Position numbers and translations under genes: made by a program | Notes under the pieces: model-generated | The model's database searches: none | Told to the model about the DNA's origin: nothing | Seen by the model: only the letters and a program-made list of their open reading frames with translations | Assembly (NCBI GenBank): GCA_009914755.4 | Contig: CP086569.2 | Span: forward strand, 17,056,001-17,120,000 | Origin: the human T2T-CHM13v2.0 reference genome, Homo sapiens | Length of the DNA stretch: 64,000 nucleotides | Reading direction: 5' to 3' | Shown here: in pieces, positions 1 to 12,479 of the stretch | Position numbering within the stretch: position 1 is the stretch's first letter | How the letters are laid out: each line of letters starts with the position of its first letter

Positions 1-199
1 AAGTTTATCAAGTTGTAGGGTTTCCTTGAAGCAGCATTGTATGATAAGTAAAGATAACACCAAGATTAAAGGAAAACTTGTACTTCACTTTCCCCCCAAG
101 ACTCATATGAATACATTAATGGGCTACTTCTCCTGGTATGTAGCTACCAAATTATTAATCTCTCTGACTTATTTAACATGGGAAGGGAAGGGTAAATGT

Positions 200-700
200 T
201 ATATATAAAAATATACATATATGAATATATAATATAACATTCTATATTACAGATAACATATATTATGCATTATAAAATATTATGTTATAATGTGTTATAT
301 AATATATTCACATATATTAATATATTTTATATATGCATTATATATGAATACATATGTATATTATAATATATGTATTATTTAAATATAATGAAATTTAATG
401 ACATGTTAATATATTATACATATTAATATATGCTATGTGTTATCAATATGTAAATTACATATAATATATAATGAATAATATATCAAATAAATATCAATTA
501 TATAATTAACAGTTATATAATTCATATATAAAACATAATTATATTATATAATGTATAATATACAACGTTTGTATAACATGGCATAATATATAAAATAACA
601 TAATATATAATAATGTCTAATATTTCTATTATAATATAAATTATATATCATATAATTATGTATAGTAAATATATCATATATATATTTAATATTAAAAACT
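200..700. repeat. AT-rich TA/TATG low-complexity tract (~500 bp)
   Basis: Visible in sequence: almost pure A/T with degenerate (TA)n, (ATATG)n-like units. Confidence 0.8.
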
Positions 701-1167
701 TACATGGTACACCCTACCACATATCTAATGCTCCTGGGCTATAAATCTGTACAACAGGTTACTGTACTGAGTACTGTAGGCAGCTGTAACAGAATTGTAA
801 GTATTTGTATATCTAAACATATATAAACAGAAAAGGTACAGCAAAAATTCAACCTAAAAGATGAAACTTGGTGCACTTCTATAGGGCATTTACCATGAAT
901 GGAGCTTGCAGGACTAGAATTTGTTCTGGGTGAGTGAGTGAATGAGTGAAGAGTGAAAGTGAAGACCCAGATATTCCCATACACTAATGTAGATTTTACA
1001 AATAATGTACACCTAGGTTACAGTAATATTATACTTTTTTGCATTCTTCAATACTAATTTAACTGCCCAGTGGGTTCACATTGCCCATTGCCTAGACAGA
1101 GCCAACATATCAACACAGGGTAACTGTAACAGAGAAAGAATTATTCATGCAGAGCTGGCTGTTCAGG

Positions 1168-1556
1168 TGTATTAGTTTGTTTTCACGCTGCTATGAAGAA
1201 AGACCTGAGACTGGGTAATTCATAAAGGAAAGAGGTTTAAATGACTCACAGTTCCACTTGGCTGGGGACACTTCAGGAAACTTACAATCATGGTGGAAGT
1301 GGATGGAGAAGCAGGAACCTTCTTCATGTTGTGGCACGAGAGAGCAAGTGCAGAGTGAAGACAGGAAAAGCCCTTTATAAAACCATCAGATTTCAGGAAA
1401 ACTCACTATCAGAACAATGTGGGAGAACCGCCTCTGTGATCTAACTGCCTGCGAAGAGCTCCTTCCCCAATTTGTGGGAGTTACAATTCAGATTACCATT
1501 CAAGATGAGATTTGCATGGGGACACAGAGACAGACCATATCAATGGGAGACTGGAG
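1168..1556 (-). mobile_element. MaLR LTR, THE1/MST-like (reverse orientation)
   Basis: Runs tgtattagtttgttttcacgctgct ... gggacacagagacagaccatatca. This is the reverse complement of the remembered THE1B consensus (TGATATGGTTTGGCTGTGTCC...GACTAATACA), including the ...cacagttccac.tggctgggga...acttacaatcatgg... block. Confidence 0.6.
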
Positions 1557-2090
1557 TTTTATTATTATTCAAATCAGTTTCCTGGAAAAGTCCAGGACTG
1601 GAGTTTTTAAGGATAATTTGGTGAGTGAGGGGCGGCCATTGTGTTGGGAGTGCAGGTTGTTTGGGTGGAGATGAAATCATAGGGAGTTGAAATTGTCCTC
1701 TTGCATTGAGTTAGTTCCCGGGCTGGGGCCACAAGATCAGAGGAACGAGTTTATTGACCTGAGTGGTACCAGCTGATTCACTGAGTACAGGGTCTGCAAA
1801 ATATCTCAAGCACTGATCTTAGGTTTTACAATAGTGATGTGATCCCCAGGAACAATTACGGGAGTGTCAGAATCTTGAGCCTTCAGCTGCATTTCTAAAC
1901 TTGTGGCTAATTTATAAATCCTACGAAGGCAGTCCTCAGGAAGGAAGGAGTTTGTTTTGGGAAAGAGCTGTAATTACGTTTGTTTGAAAGTTAAACTATA
2001 AACTAAGTTCAGCCTAGTCTCAGGAATGAACAAGGACAGCTTGAAGGTTAGAAGCAAGGTGGAGTTGGTTAAGTCAGATCTCTTTCACTG
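1557..2090 (-). mobile_element. Unclassified interspersed repeat adjacent to the THE1 LTR (possibly MaLR internal sequence); second copy at 38440-38880
   Basis: Shares ...ttattattcaaatcag..., ...gaaatgatagggaatt... and ...cagggtctg(c/a)aaaata...atcttaggttttacaatagt... with 38440-38880. Confidence 0.35.
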
Positions 2091-2233
2091 TCATAATTCT
2101 CAGTTATAATTTTGCATTGGCAGTTTCCTTAACTTAACCTTAGTGTACTATAACTTCTTTTACTCTATAAATATTTTATTTTTTAAAAAACCTTTTTGAG
2201 TCTTATCAAAACACTTAGTTTAAGACCCAAAAG

Positions 2234-2589
<356 letters not shown>

Positions 2590-4491
2590 TTATCTTATAA
2601 GCCTTTTTCTGTTTTTAAAATTTATTATTATTGTTACTATATTTTTATTTTTAACATTTTTTAAAAACTAAGATATGAACACACATTTTAGCCTAGACAT
2701 ACAGAATCAGGAACATCTATACCATTGTCTTCCACCTCTACATCTTGTTCCACTGGAAGGTATTCAGGGGCAATAACATGCATGGAGCTGTCCTGTCCCA
2801 TGATAATAATGCCTTCTTCTGGATACCTCCTGGAGCATCTGCCCGAGCCTCTTCTTGAGGAATAGGTTTGTCTGTTGGCACTACAAATATGAGACTAATG
2901 TGTTGAACTACAATGTTAAGATGACTACGATATCATTAGATAAAGGGAATTTTTCATCTCCATTATAATCTTATGGGACCACCATCCTATAGGCAGTTCA
3001 CCGTTGATTGAAAACTCCTTGACTGAAACCTCATTATGTGGCCCATGAGTATATTTATATCTAATGTAATCTACATATAATCTCCAAAAATAGAAACATA
3101 TGTTATTCAAAGTGCCCTGAGCAGTCTACTTTTTTCTCTATGTTGTCTAGTGAGTCCAAGTTATTTATGAAACATAGAGAAGAATTTAAGTTATTTACCT
3201 CTAAGAATTCACTAAGCTGTCTTGAATTGTGCTATAATTTTCACTTTCCATGAGTCTTGGCTTCACTGGCATGCAACCACCAACCACATGACAACTGCAA
3301 TTGCAATATGCAATTGTCATATTTAAAGGATATCTGTTAGTTTATCTCTTAAACTCTGTTTGACCCAGGAGGGTTTTGAATTCATTCAACATTTTATCCT
3401 CATTTAAGGCTTTCAGGTAGAATAAAATAAGTAATATTTATGTCAAGCAATTTACTTCAGGAAAAATTAAATTTAGTTTAGCTCCCTTTTTTTCTTTGAT
3501 TTTAGGCAAATATTTCTTTTAATGAGAGTTTAAACTAATTAATTTTAATTTCTGTTGATTTGTAAATACATATTCTTACTAAAACATGCACCTCAAAGGT
3601 TGTTATCTTCCTGTAAAATACACTGGCAGAACACACATATGCACAGTAACATATTTTGAAAAATATATTCTAATTTCTTCAGACATAACCTTGTTGACAG
3701 GTTTTACATTTTGGAAGCAGATCTTGAAGTTTTTGTTAACAGAATAAAGATGAAACATCAGAGATTTTCAAGGACATGGCTCACCTATACATTTTTCCTT
3801 ACAGATAAAAAGGAAAAGACTTAGGAAGTTGACATTAATCAAACTAAACTTCCTGAGTTGTGAATAATTCTGACACACATTTAACACTTATTTTCCATTG
3901 TAAATGCATTTAAAGTACCATCTCTATATAAATGCCTAAATATTAATTTTGCCTCATTTTTAGAATAAATTTCACTTTATTTTCCTTGCTTGGGTATTTT
4001 TTATGGACTTTGGTAGAGTCTATCTTAAATGCTATTTGTAGATTTTAATAAGATAAGTAAGCAGCAAAGAGGAAGGGGCTTGAGGTAGGGGGAGAACTAT
4101 TGTAGTGAGAGATGGCTAATCACAGACAACCCACTGGCACAACATTCTGCTTCCAAATGCCTCACTTTGAAGGTAGCTCTATTGGCGTGACCTTGTTCTG
4201 CACATAGCCCCCTCCAGAATGACCCTTTAACATTTCCTTCCAGTCTCTGCCTCTTTGTAGACACTTTTCTTGCAACATATCTTCAGGCTTTCTCTAATAT
4301 ACCTGCCTTCTTCTTTATCCACAACTGTCTTGGTAAATTCATTTATGGCCCATGATGCTGGCCCCAGCCAGTTGCACCCATGACCCTATTTTCAAAGAGA
4401 AAAACACAAAATAATGACAAAATACTTACTTTAGTATTTAATCACATAAGATGATGAGCTTATTTCAGTCAAAACTACTTGCTAAATACAG

Positions 4492-4600
4492 TAGCTCATG
4501 CCAGCACTTTGGGAGGCCAAGGTGGGAGAATCAGTTGAGCTCAGGAGTTTAAGAGCAGCCTGGCAACATGGTAAGACACCATTTCTATTTTTAAAAAAAC
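4492..4600 (+). mobile_element. Alu left-monomer fragment
   Basis: tagctcatgccagcactttgggaggccaaggtgggagaatcagttgagctcaggagtttaagagcagcctggcaacatggtaa. Confidence 0.6.
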
Positions 4601-4757
4601 AAAATAAAAGAACAAAAGTATTATTTAACAAAATATTGACCTACAATGTGATCTTTATTCAATTCAGAAAAAAAGTTGTATTAGAATACTTTTTTCTTTT
4701 TATTATTTTTTTCATTAAATACACATTTCTCCAATATGTTTTAAACTTTCCACAATA

Positions 4758-5052
4758 GACCAGGCATGGTGTCTCACGCCTGTAATCCCAGCACTTCAGG
4801 AGGCTGAGGCAGGTGGTCACCTCAAGTCAGGAGTTTGAGACCAGCCTGACATGGAGAAACCCTGTCTTTCCTAAAAAAAAAAATACAAAATCAGCCAGGT
4901 TTGGTGGTGCATGCCTGTGATCCCAGCTACTCAGGAGGCTGAGGCAGGAAAATCACTTGAAGCCTGGAGGCGGAGGTTTCAGTGAGCCAAGATCATGACA
5001 CTGCACTCCAGCCTGAGCAACAAGAGCGAAACTCCGTCTCAGGAAAAAAAAA
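4758..5052 (+). mobile_element. Alu (AluS-like), full length with A tail
   Basis: gaccaggcatggtgtctcacgcctgtaatcccagcac...ctgcactccagcctgagcaacaagagcgaaactccgtctc(a)n. Confidence 0.85.
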
Positions 5053-5299
5053 ATAGTTTTCACAATAAATATATTGTCTTAGCAGTCAGAAGAAAAGTCC
5101 ACACTTCGTGTTCTTTGTTGTTTTGAGAAAGTGGGTAAACTGGTATACCTTATACAGTCATTCCTTAGGATTTATGGGAATTGGTTCAAGGACTCCTACA
5201 GATACTAAAATTCATGGGTGCTCAAGGACATGATATAAAATGTCACTCTATTTGCATATAACTTATGCACATGCTTTCCCATGCTTTAAATCCTCAGAT

Positions 5300-5395
5300 G
5301 ATTTATAATACTGCATAAAATATAAATGTTATCTAAACATAAATATAAATGTTATAATACTGCATAAAATATAAATGTTATATGGTGCATTGTTT
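5300..5395. repeat. Local tandem duplication (~40-bp unit ataatactgcataaaatataaatgttat, two copies)
   Basis: Direct sequence repeat visible. Confidence 0.6.
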
Positions 5396-5625
5396 TATAA
5401 TTTATATTTAATACTGTATTGTTATTTTTTGTTGTATATTTTTTCCAGATATATTTGATCCTCTGAATTCTTGGCTGTGGAAGTAATGTATACAAAGCAC
5501 TGACTATATATGTATATCTTTATATCTGCATGTGAGTGTTTACACATGCTTGCATGTGTTTGCATGTGTATTTTTTTCTTTAATTCAACTTCGTGCCTTA
5601 CCTGCAAGTAACACAAGTGACAATG

Positions 5626-5844
5626 TTTTTTGTTTTGTTTGTTTTTTTCTTAGACAAGGTCTCAACTTTGTTTCTCGGGCTCGGGGGCAGTAGCATGATC
5701 TTGGCTAGCTAAGTTTTGTATTTTTTGGTAGAGACAGGGTTTCACCATTTGGCCAGGCTGGTCTTAAACTCCTGACCTTAAGTGATCCACCCACCTTGGC
5801 CTCCCAAAATGCTGAGATTACAGGCATGAGCCACTGAACCCAGC
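5626..5844 (-). mobile_element. Alu, reverse orientation, internally deleted
   Basis: T-rich start, then ...gagacagggtttcaccatttggccaggctggtcttaaactcctgacc...ggattacaggcatgagccactgaacccagc. Confidence 0.75.
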
Positions 5845-6039
5845 ATACAACTGACAATCTTTATAGATTCATAATTGTAAAACAATCATATCCTCATTCC
5901 TTATTGTATGCTCATGTGAAATTATTCTCATTAAATTGAAAATTTTGTAGTAACTTCTTTATATTACAGTTGGGTGAGACCAGAAAAACCTGTAATCTAG
6001 GGCCAAACTACTAAATAAGTACCCTTTAGTTTTTCTAAA

Positions 6040-6335
6040 TTTTTTTTTTAAGAGACAAGGTCTTTGCTGCCCAGGATAGATTGCAGTGGCACAAATCATT
6101 GGTTACATCATCCTCAAGTCCCTGGGCTCAACAATTCTCCTGCCTTAGTCCCCCAAGTAGCTAAGAATATATGAATACACCACCATGCCCAACCTAATAT
6201 TTTTATCTTTATTTTTGTAGAGACTAGGCCTTGTTATGTTTCCCAGGCTGGTCTTGAACTCCTAGTTTCAAGTAATTCTGCTACCTCAGCCTCCCAAAGC
6301 ACTGGGATTACATGCATAAGACACCATGCCCAGCC
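6040..6335 (-). mobile_element. Alu (older AluS/J-like), reverse orientation
   Basis: ttttttttttaagagacaaggtctttgctgcccaggatagattgcagtggcac...gggattacatgcataagacaccatgcccagcc. Confidence 0.8.
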
Positions 6336-6559
6336 TGAAGCAGTACTCTTGAGTATATTCTGTGTTAATGTCCTGGGTGTTAGGCAGTCTTTTCATTTTC
6401 ACTGATTAGGAGATAGAATATGCTCTTTCCTTTACAATGTGTAGGAAATGTTCTCTCTGTCTACTACTAAACAGACAAATGGACCCTTGATAAACACATA
6501 TTTCATTCATTGAGCCTACATATACTCAGATTTTTAAAAATAAAAGTTACACCAAGTGT

Positions 6560-6900
6560 GTCTGCCTCTCTTGACTCCTCTCCCACCCTCTGCTTCTCTG
6601 CCACCTCTGCCACCCCAAGACCAACCCCTCTGTCTCAGCCTACTCAGTGTGAAGATGACAAGGATGAAGACCTTTATGATGACCCACTTCCACTTAATGA
6701 ATAGGTAATATATCTCTTCTTCTTCATTATTTTTAATATTTTTTCTGTAGCATACTTTATCATAAGAATATAGCATATCATAAAAATAACTTACGCAAGA
6801 TGTGTTAATCTGCTGTTTGTGCTATCAGTAAGGTTTCTGGCCAACAGTGAGCTATTGAGAGTTAAATTTTGGGGGAACCAAAAATTATAGATGGATTTTC
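6560..6900 (+). mobile_element. Unclassified interspersed repeat carrying a conserved coding-like tail (...PTQCEDDKDEDLYDDPLPLNE-stop); inverted homolog at ~25790-26210
   Basis: 6590-6705 aligns with the reverse complement of 26017-26110 (cagcctactca(g/a)tgtgaa...gaagacctttatgatga(c/t)ccacttccacttaat). Downstream flanks also align (ctgtagc(a/t)tactttat...ctgttt...ggtttctggccaacagtgagctattgagag). Confidence 0.5.
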
Positions 6901-7499
6901 ATATTATGGGAGGTCAGCATACATATATCAATTTTGTTCAAAGGTCAGCTGTCATATTTCTACTATCCAAAATCTGTATCTCACTATAAGATATTAAATT
7001 CTGTGATTGCCAGAAATTTTGGTCAGATGTACACCAGGGGATGTATGTTTAGAACCTGGAATTGTGTCTAATACAAAGAAGGTATTCAACAATTATTTTA
7101 TGAAACAATGAATTTTTCAATACTTAAAATAACAAGGTTATTTTATAAAAATTGTTATTATTAAAAATATCTTTTTATATCTTTTAAAAACAGAATTTCT
7201 GAATAATAATATCTTACTAAAGAGCTGGGGAATTGTTTTGAGGTAGTTCTTATGCACTTTTATGTGACCACCTATACCCTATCAGTTGATGATTGAAAAT
7301 TTGTATAAAAAGAGTTACTTTTCTATAGACATATGTCCTTACTTTAACTTTATATGGACACATATTTTATACCAAATTGAGAATTCTATACTAACTGCAA
7401 AAAGTTTTCACATGAACAAGCTATATTCAAATTTTATAAATGTATTCCAGAGCAAACTTCAAAAATATATATGCAAATGTACACTTCTCTCAAAAAGGT

Positions 7500-8540
7500 A
7501 GAATTTGCAAAGGGTGTGTCTAACCAAACATTAGTAGTATGCAAAGAAACATAAAAAAAAATCAAGTTGCAATAAATGAGTTCAATAGAGGCAGAGCAAT
7601 AAATGACATAGATAGTACAATTATTAGAACAGAACATTAAGCAATCCACTGTAAATTCCCATGGTAATGAAAGTGGTGAAAATTATCAATATAAAACATG
7701 CCCAGAAAAATCTACAAACTAAATTAGGCCTCTAGATTTAGAAGATGCAATTTCTGGGATAAAGATTATATTAGATGAGATTAATATCATATTAGACACA
7801 GCAAAGGAAAAGATTAGTGAAATTGAATACTCAGCCGATGAAATTACTTAAATAAAACTTCAACATCAAAATGATGGATTAAAAAGAGGACAGATATCCA
7901 GGGAACTGTGAGACAACCTCAACCAAAATAATACACAGATGATTGGAATGATTGGAATCAGAAATCGTGGAAAAATTCATATTTAAAGGAATAATGTGAA
8001 CAATTTTCTAAATTTAGTGAATCTCATAAACTCACAGATCCATAGAGTTCCAATGAATATGAAACAGAAAAAAATTTAAACACAAAAGCAAGGTATATCA
8101 CACTCAAAAACAAAGTGTGTCTTCCAAAGTGTGGAGAAATCTTTAAAAATAGTTAGCTTAAAAATTATTATATACACAGGAATACAAATAACCATCATGT
8201 TTTCATCATAGAAAATGCAAGACATTAAGAAAATTTTCAAAAAAATTTTAAAGAAATGCCAGAAAATGTCAGCCTAGAATCCTAAACTGAGTAAAAATAT
8301 CCAACAAAATTAAAATTGAAATAAAATTTTAAAAAACACACACACAAAACGATGGAAAAAGTAAACACCCACAAACCAATACTACAAAAAATGTCAAAGA
8401 AAATCCTTTTAGCAACAGGAGAATCATAACAGATAGAAATGCAGATTTATACAAGTGAATCATAAACCTCGTGGATAACGCATAAGACAGATGTAAAAGG
8501 AATGTGTGTTTTCTAAAACTCTATTTAGAGGTAACTGCCA
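7500..8540 (+). mobile_element. Old L1 (L1M/L1P-class) fragment, ORF1 region
   Basis: Diverged similarity to the L1 ORF1 nucleotide sequence (…cagggaactgtgagacaacctcaaccaaaataatacacagatgattggaat…gaaaaattcatatttaaaggaataatg…cacaaaagcaaggtatatcacactcaaaaacaaag…), A-rich; no intact ORF. Confidence 0.55.
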
Positions 8541-8632
8541 AATGTCTTAGTCAGCTAGGGCTGCCATAAAACAAACCTGGAGTTTATCACTACTCCAGGC
8601 TTAGTGATATAAGCAATAAAAATATATTTTCT

Positions 8633-8910
8633 GGCCTTGCGTGGTGGCTCACACTTGTAATCTCAGCACTTTGGAAGGCCAAGGCAGGAGAATTGCTTGT
8701 GCTCAGGAGCTCAACACCAGCCCGTACAACATGGTGAAACTCCAACTCTACCAAAACTACAAAAATTAGTGTACATGGTGCCATGTACCTGCAGTCCCAG
8801 CTACTCCTGAGACTGAGATGGGAGGATAGCTTCAGCCCAGGGGGCTAAGGTTGCAGTGAGCTAAGATCATGCCACTGCACTCCAGCCTGGACAACAGAGA
8901 CATACCGTCT

Positions 8911-8946
<36 letters not shown>
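8633..8946 (+). mobile_element. Alu (AluS-like, diverged) with ~35-nt A tail
   Basis: ggccttgcgtggtggctcacacttgtaatctcagcactttgg...gccactgcactccagcctggacaacagagacataccgtctc(a)35. Confidence 0.85.
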
Positions 8947-8949
<3 letters not shown>

Positions 8950-8960
8950 AAAAAAATACT

Positions 8961-9257
8961 TTTGTTTGTTTTTTGAGACGGAATCTCGCTCTGTCGCCCA
9001 GTCTGGAGTGCAGAGACGGGATCTCGGCTCACTGCAAGCTCCGCCTCCCGGGTTCACGCCATTCTCCTGCCTCAGCCTCCTGAGTAGCTGGGACTACAGG
9101 CGCCCGTCACCACGCCCGGCTAATGTTTTTTGTATTTTTAATAAGAACGGGGTTTCACCGTGTTAGCCAGGATGGTCTGGATCTCCTGACCTTGTGATCT
9201 GCCCGCCTCGGCCTCCCAAAGTGCTGGGATTATAGAAGGGAGCCACCGCGCCCGGCC
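8961..9257 (-). mobile_element. AluY (young, CpG-rich), reverse orientation, inserted at the A tail of the preceding Alu; TSD aaaaatac
   Basis: ttttgtttgttttttgagacggaatctcgctctgtcgcccag...gggattatagaagggagccaccgcgcccggcc. aaaaatac sits at 8952-8959 and again at 9258-9265. Confidence 0.85.
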
Positions 9258-9646
9258 AAAAATACATATCTTTATATTTTGTTTTTTTCTCAAAGTTCTG
9301 GAGTCTGGAAGCTCATAATTAGCATTAACAGCATGGTCAGTTTCTGGTGAAAGCTCCCTTCCTGTGTTGCAAATGGCCACCTTTGGTCGTGTCCTCACTT
9401 GGCAGCCAGAGAGACAGATTGCGGTCAGGTTTCCGTTCCCATTCTTATAAAGATAGAAATTCCTCATAACCTCACATAATTCTAATCACCGCCTAAAACC
9501 TTCATCTCCAAACACTATCATACTGGGAGTTAGGGCTTCCATGTATGAATTTGTAAGGGAACATACACTTTCAATTACATCATGTTACATGTAATTCCAA
9601 CTACCAATAATCAAATGAAAAGTAAATGATCTAAATGCTTCAATTA

Positions 9647-9904
9647 GGCCAGGCACTGCTGCTTACACCTGTAATCCCAGTTTTTTTTTTTTTTTTTTGG
9701 AGGCTGAGGTGGAGGATCACTTGAGCTCAGGAATTCAAGACCAGCCTGGGCATAATAATAAAAAAATCTCTAAAATACATAATAAATAAATAAATACATA
9801 AATACATAAATAATACATAAATAAGATTAGCCAGGCTTGGAGGTGCACTATAATCCCAGCTACTCGATAGTAAAGTGGGAGAATTGCTTGAGACCAGGAG
9901 GTAG
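9647..9904 (+). mobile_element. Alu interrupted by an internal T-run and a (ATAA/ATAC)n microsatellite (9757-9830)
   Basis: ggccaggcactgctgcttacacctgtaatcccag(t)18ggaggctgaggtggaggatcacttgagctcagg...; later ...gattagccaggcttggaggtgcactataatcccagctactcg... Confidence 0.7.
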
Positions 9905-11339
9905 GAATGCTGTTTACATGCACTATACAGACCCCTATGATTCTGGTCTTGGTGCCTGTGCTACCCAAGAGCTACTCTCAAAACCTGGGCACTATTTCAA
10001 AGGCAATTCGGTTCCCCAGCATGCTCTTATAGTTGAAACTGATATCAAACAGTATACTACTGATAACAAATTAAAGAAAGGAAAGCAAAATTCCTCTTTC
10101 AGCATCATTTCAACTATTTCACCCCGTTACATGCATTGTAGTTAATGCCCTGAAATGTAGTTTCCTGCCAAACAAAATATCTTGAGAACACGTTGTGGCT
10201 GAGCCTGTATATTTATCTACATTGTCTAAATAGCTATAGGTCATCAGAGAGCAGAAATATCCTATGCACTTATGTGACTCTTTCAATAGAGTTAACCACT
10301 TAGGACATCTCCAAATTCCTACAAGTGCAATGTTGCAATGATGTTTTCTAGTTGGTGGCTCACTGTGAACATAACCTATTGAAATATCTATAAAGGTAGA
10401 TATATAAATGTGCCCATTTTGGTCACTGGTCTTACTATGCTCACATCATGTGAAAAAGATGAAGTAACTGACTAAATATGAAATATTGATAGGAACAGGA
10501 GGCAGGTAAATTCTGGGTAGAAGAGGGTGGGTCCCTGGCAAGGGCCTCACCCTCAAGCCAAAAAGGCTAACACTGAAACTGACAGTGAGAATTGACATCC
10601 TTGCTTTCCCACTCAGATGTTGCCTTTTCTAAAACCACCCATTGTCTGCCCTATCCTGCTCCTGTGCCCAGAAAAAACCCCAGGCTCAGCAAGCAGAGAA
10701 AGGAGAAGAGGAGATGCAGCAGGACCTCGGGGACTACGGTTGGACATCAGAGAGATGCAGCTTGACTTCACAGGGACAGCTTGACAGTGTAGCTTTGGTG
10801 AGGAGTCCAACTGTCCCCAGGGGAAGATTACTTTCCCTCTCTGTCACTGTTTCATCTCTCTTCCCGCTGAGAGCCACTTTCATCATCAATAAAATCCCCA
10901 CATTTACCTCCTTCAATTCATTTGTGTGACGTCTTTCCTCCTGGATGCAGGACGACTTGGGTGCCAAGAGTGTAAGTGCAAACGGCTGTTGCACTGACCC
11001 TCCACTGAGCTGTTAACTTTTAAGCCATCCATGGGTGGCAAAGCTAAAAAGGTACTGTAACACTTCTCTGGGGATTCAGGAGTCATAGGTGAGGGGTGGA
11101 GCGCAGTGGGTCAAGTGAGTGGGGTTCGCTCCTGCTGACACCTGTGCACTGCAATTCCCACCCCTGAAAGGGTCAGGGAACTATCCTGTTTCAATATCAT
11201 ATCTGATAATATAGAATTTGCTGCTATTTGCATTCAATAAATCTGGAGTTAAACAAAACAAAACCATTTGTAATTCCAAATAATAAACACACACCTCCTC
11301 AATGATAGTTTCAGAAGCAATGATACCAGCTCCTCTTCA

Positions 11340-11710
11340 TACCTCTAGAAGAAGTCAGCTGTGATGCCTTCTAGCCCTGGGCTTTTTTTGGTTAGTAGGC
11401 TATTAGTTACTGCCTCAATTTCAGAAGTTGTTATTGTTACATTCAGGGATTCGAATTCTTCCTCATTTAGTATTTGGAGGGTGTAGGTGTCCAGGAATTT
11501 ATCCATTTCTTCTGGATTTTCTAGTTCAGTTGCATATAGGTGTTTATAGTATTCTCTGATGGTAGTTTGTATTTCTGTGGGATAAAATACTCCCTTTATC
11601 ATTTTTTGGGGGGAGTTAGACATAAATATTATGGAAGTTAAGAAACGATAAAACCCTAAGCTTCTCTGGCTTAACAGGATCAACTCTGTTGGAGATGAAA
11701 TCACTGTGGT
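11340..11710 (-). mobile_element. L1 ORF2 fragment (region between the endonuclease and RT domains)
   Basis: Minus-strand ORF ...[79 protein letters not shown]. It matches the L1 ORF2p segment ...[80 protein letters not shown]. Confidence 0.8.
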
Positions 11711-12029
11711 GGGGAATAGATTGGAAGCCCCTTGCCACCATGAGTGCCTTCTGTTGGAGAGTCATTTCTTCTTCCAGCCTGTATGCATTCTGTTCTCTAA
11801 ACTCATATTTTTATTGCTATAAACTACAGCAGCATTATTTCTGGAATTATTTTCTTTCTTCGACACCTATGTTTGTGATTAATTTATAACATATGAGATA
11901 TATATGAATCTATATCTATATAATTTTTGCAGATATAATTGACATAAGATGAAGCAATACTGGATTATGGCAGAACCTAAATCTGACAGCTGGTATCTTT
12001 GTAACAGAAGGAGAGGAAGAATTGGATAA

Positions 12030-12470
12030 AGAGACATATGGAAGATCTGAAGATGGAAGCTATGTTCGAATGATGTGGTAACAAGCCAAGGGATTCCTGA
12101 ATCAACCAGGAGCTGGGAAAGGCAGGAAAGGTCCTCCCTTGGAGCCTGTGGAGGGAGAGACGCACTGCCTCACTTTGATTTTTAAACTGCCAGCAGCAGG
12201 AGAGATTACATTTCCTAAGTAGTGGGGATTACAAGCATGAGCCACCAGGCCTGGGGAATTTTTGTAATTTTAATAGAGAAAGGGTTTCACCATGTTGGCC
12301 ACACTACTCATGAAGTCCTGACCTTAGGTGGTCTGCCCACCTCGGCCTCCCAAAGTGCTGGGATTACAGGCATAAACCAATGCACCTGGCCAGAAATTCT
12401 TATTGTTTTAAGCCACCCAGTTTGTAGTTATTTCAATGGCAGGCATGGGAAACTTCTAAAACACATATAC
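12030..12470 (+). mobile_element. MaLR LTR (MLT1-like), interrupted by Alu fragments
   Basis: ...gccaagggattcctgaatcaaccaggagctgggaaaggcaggaaaggtcctcccttggagcctgtggagggag... and the terminal ...tgttttaagccacccagtttgtagttatttcaatggcagg match the MLT1/MST consensus. Confidence 0.55.
12222..12398 (-). mobile_element. Alu fragments (5'-end piece plus left monomer), reverse orientation, inside the MaLR LTR
   Basis: gggattacaagcatgagccaccaggcctgg; ...gggtttcaccatgttggccacac...cctcggcctcccaaagtgctgggattacaggcataaaccaatgcacctggcc. Confidence 0.7.
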
Positions 12471-12479
12471 ATGGATGTA

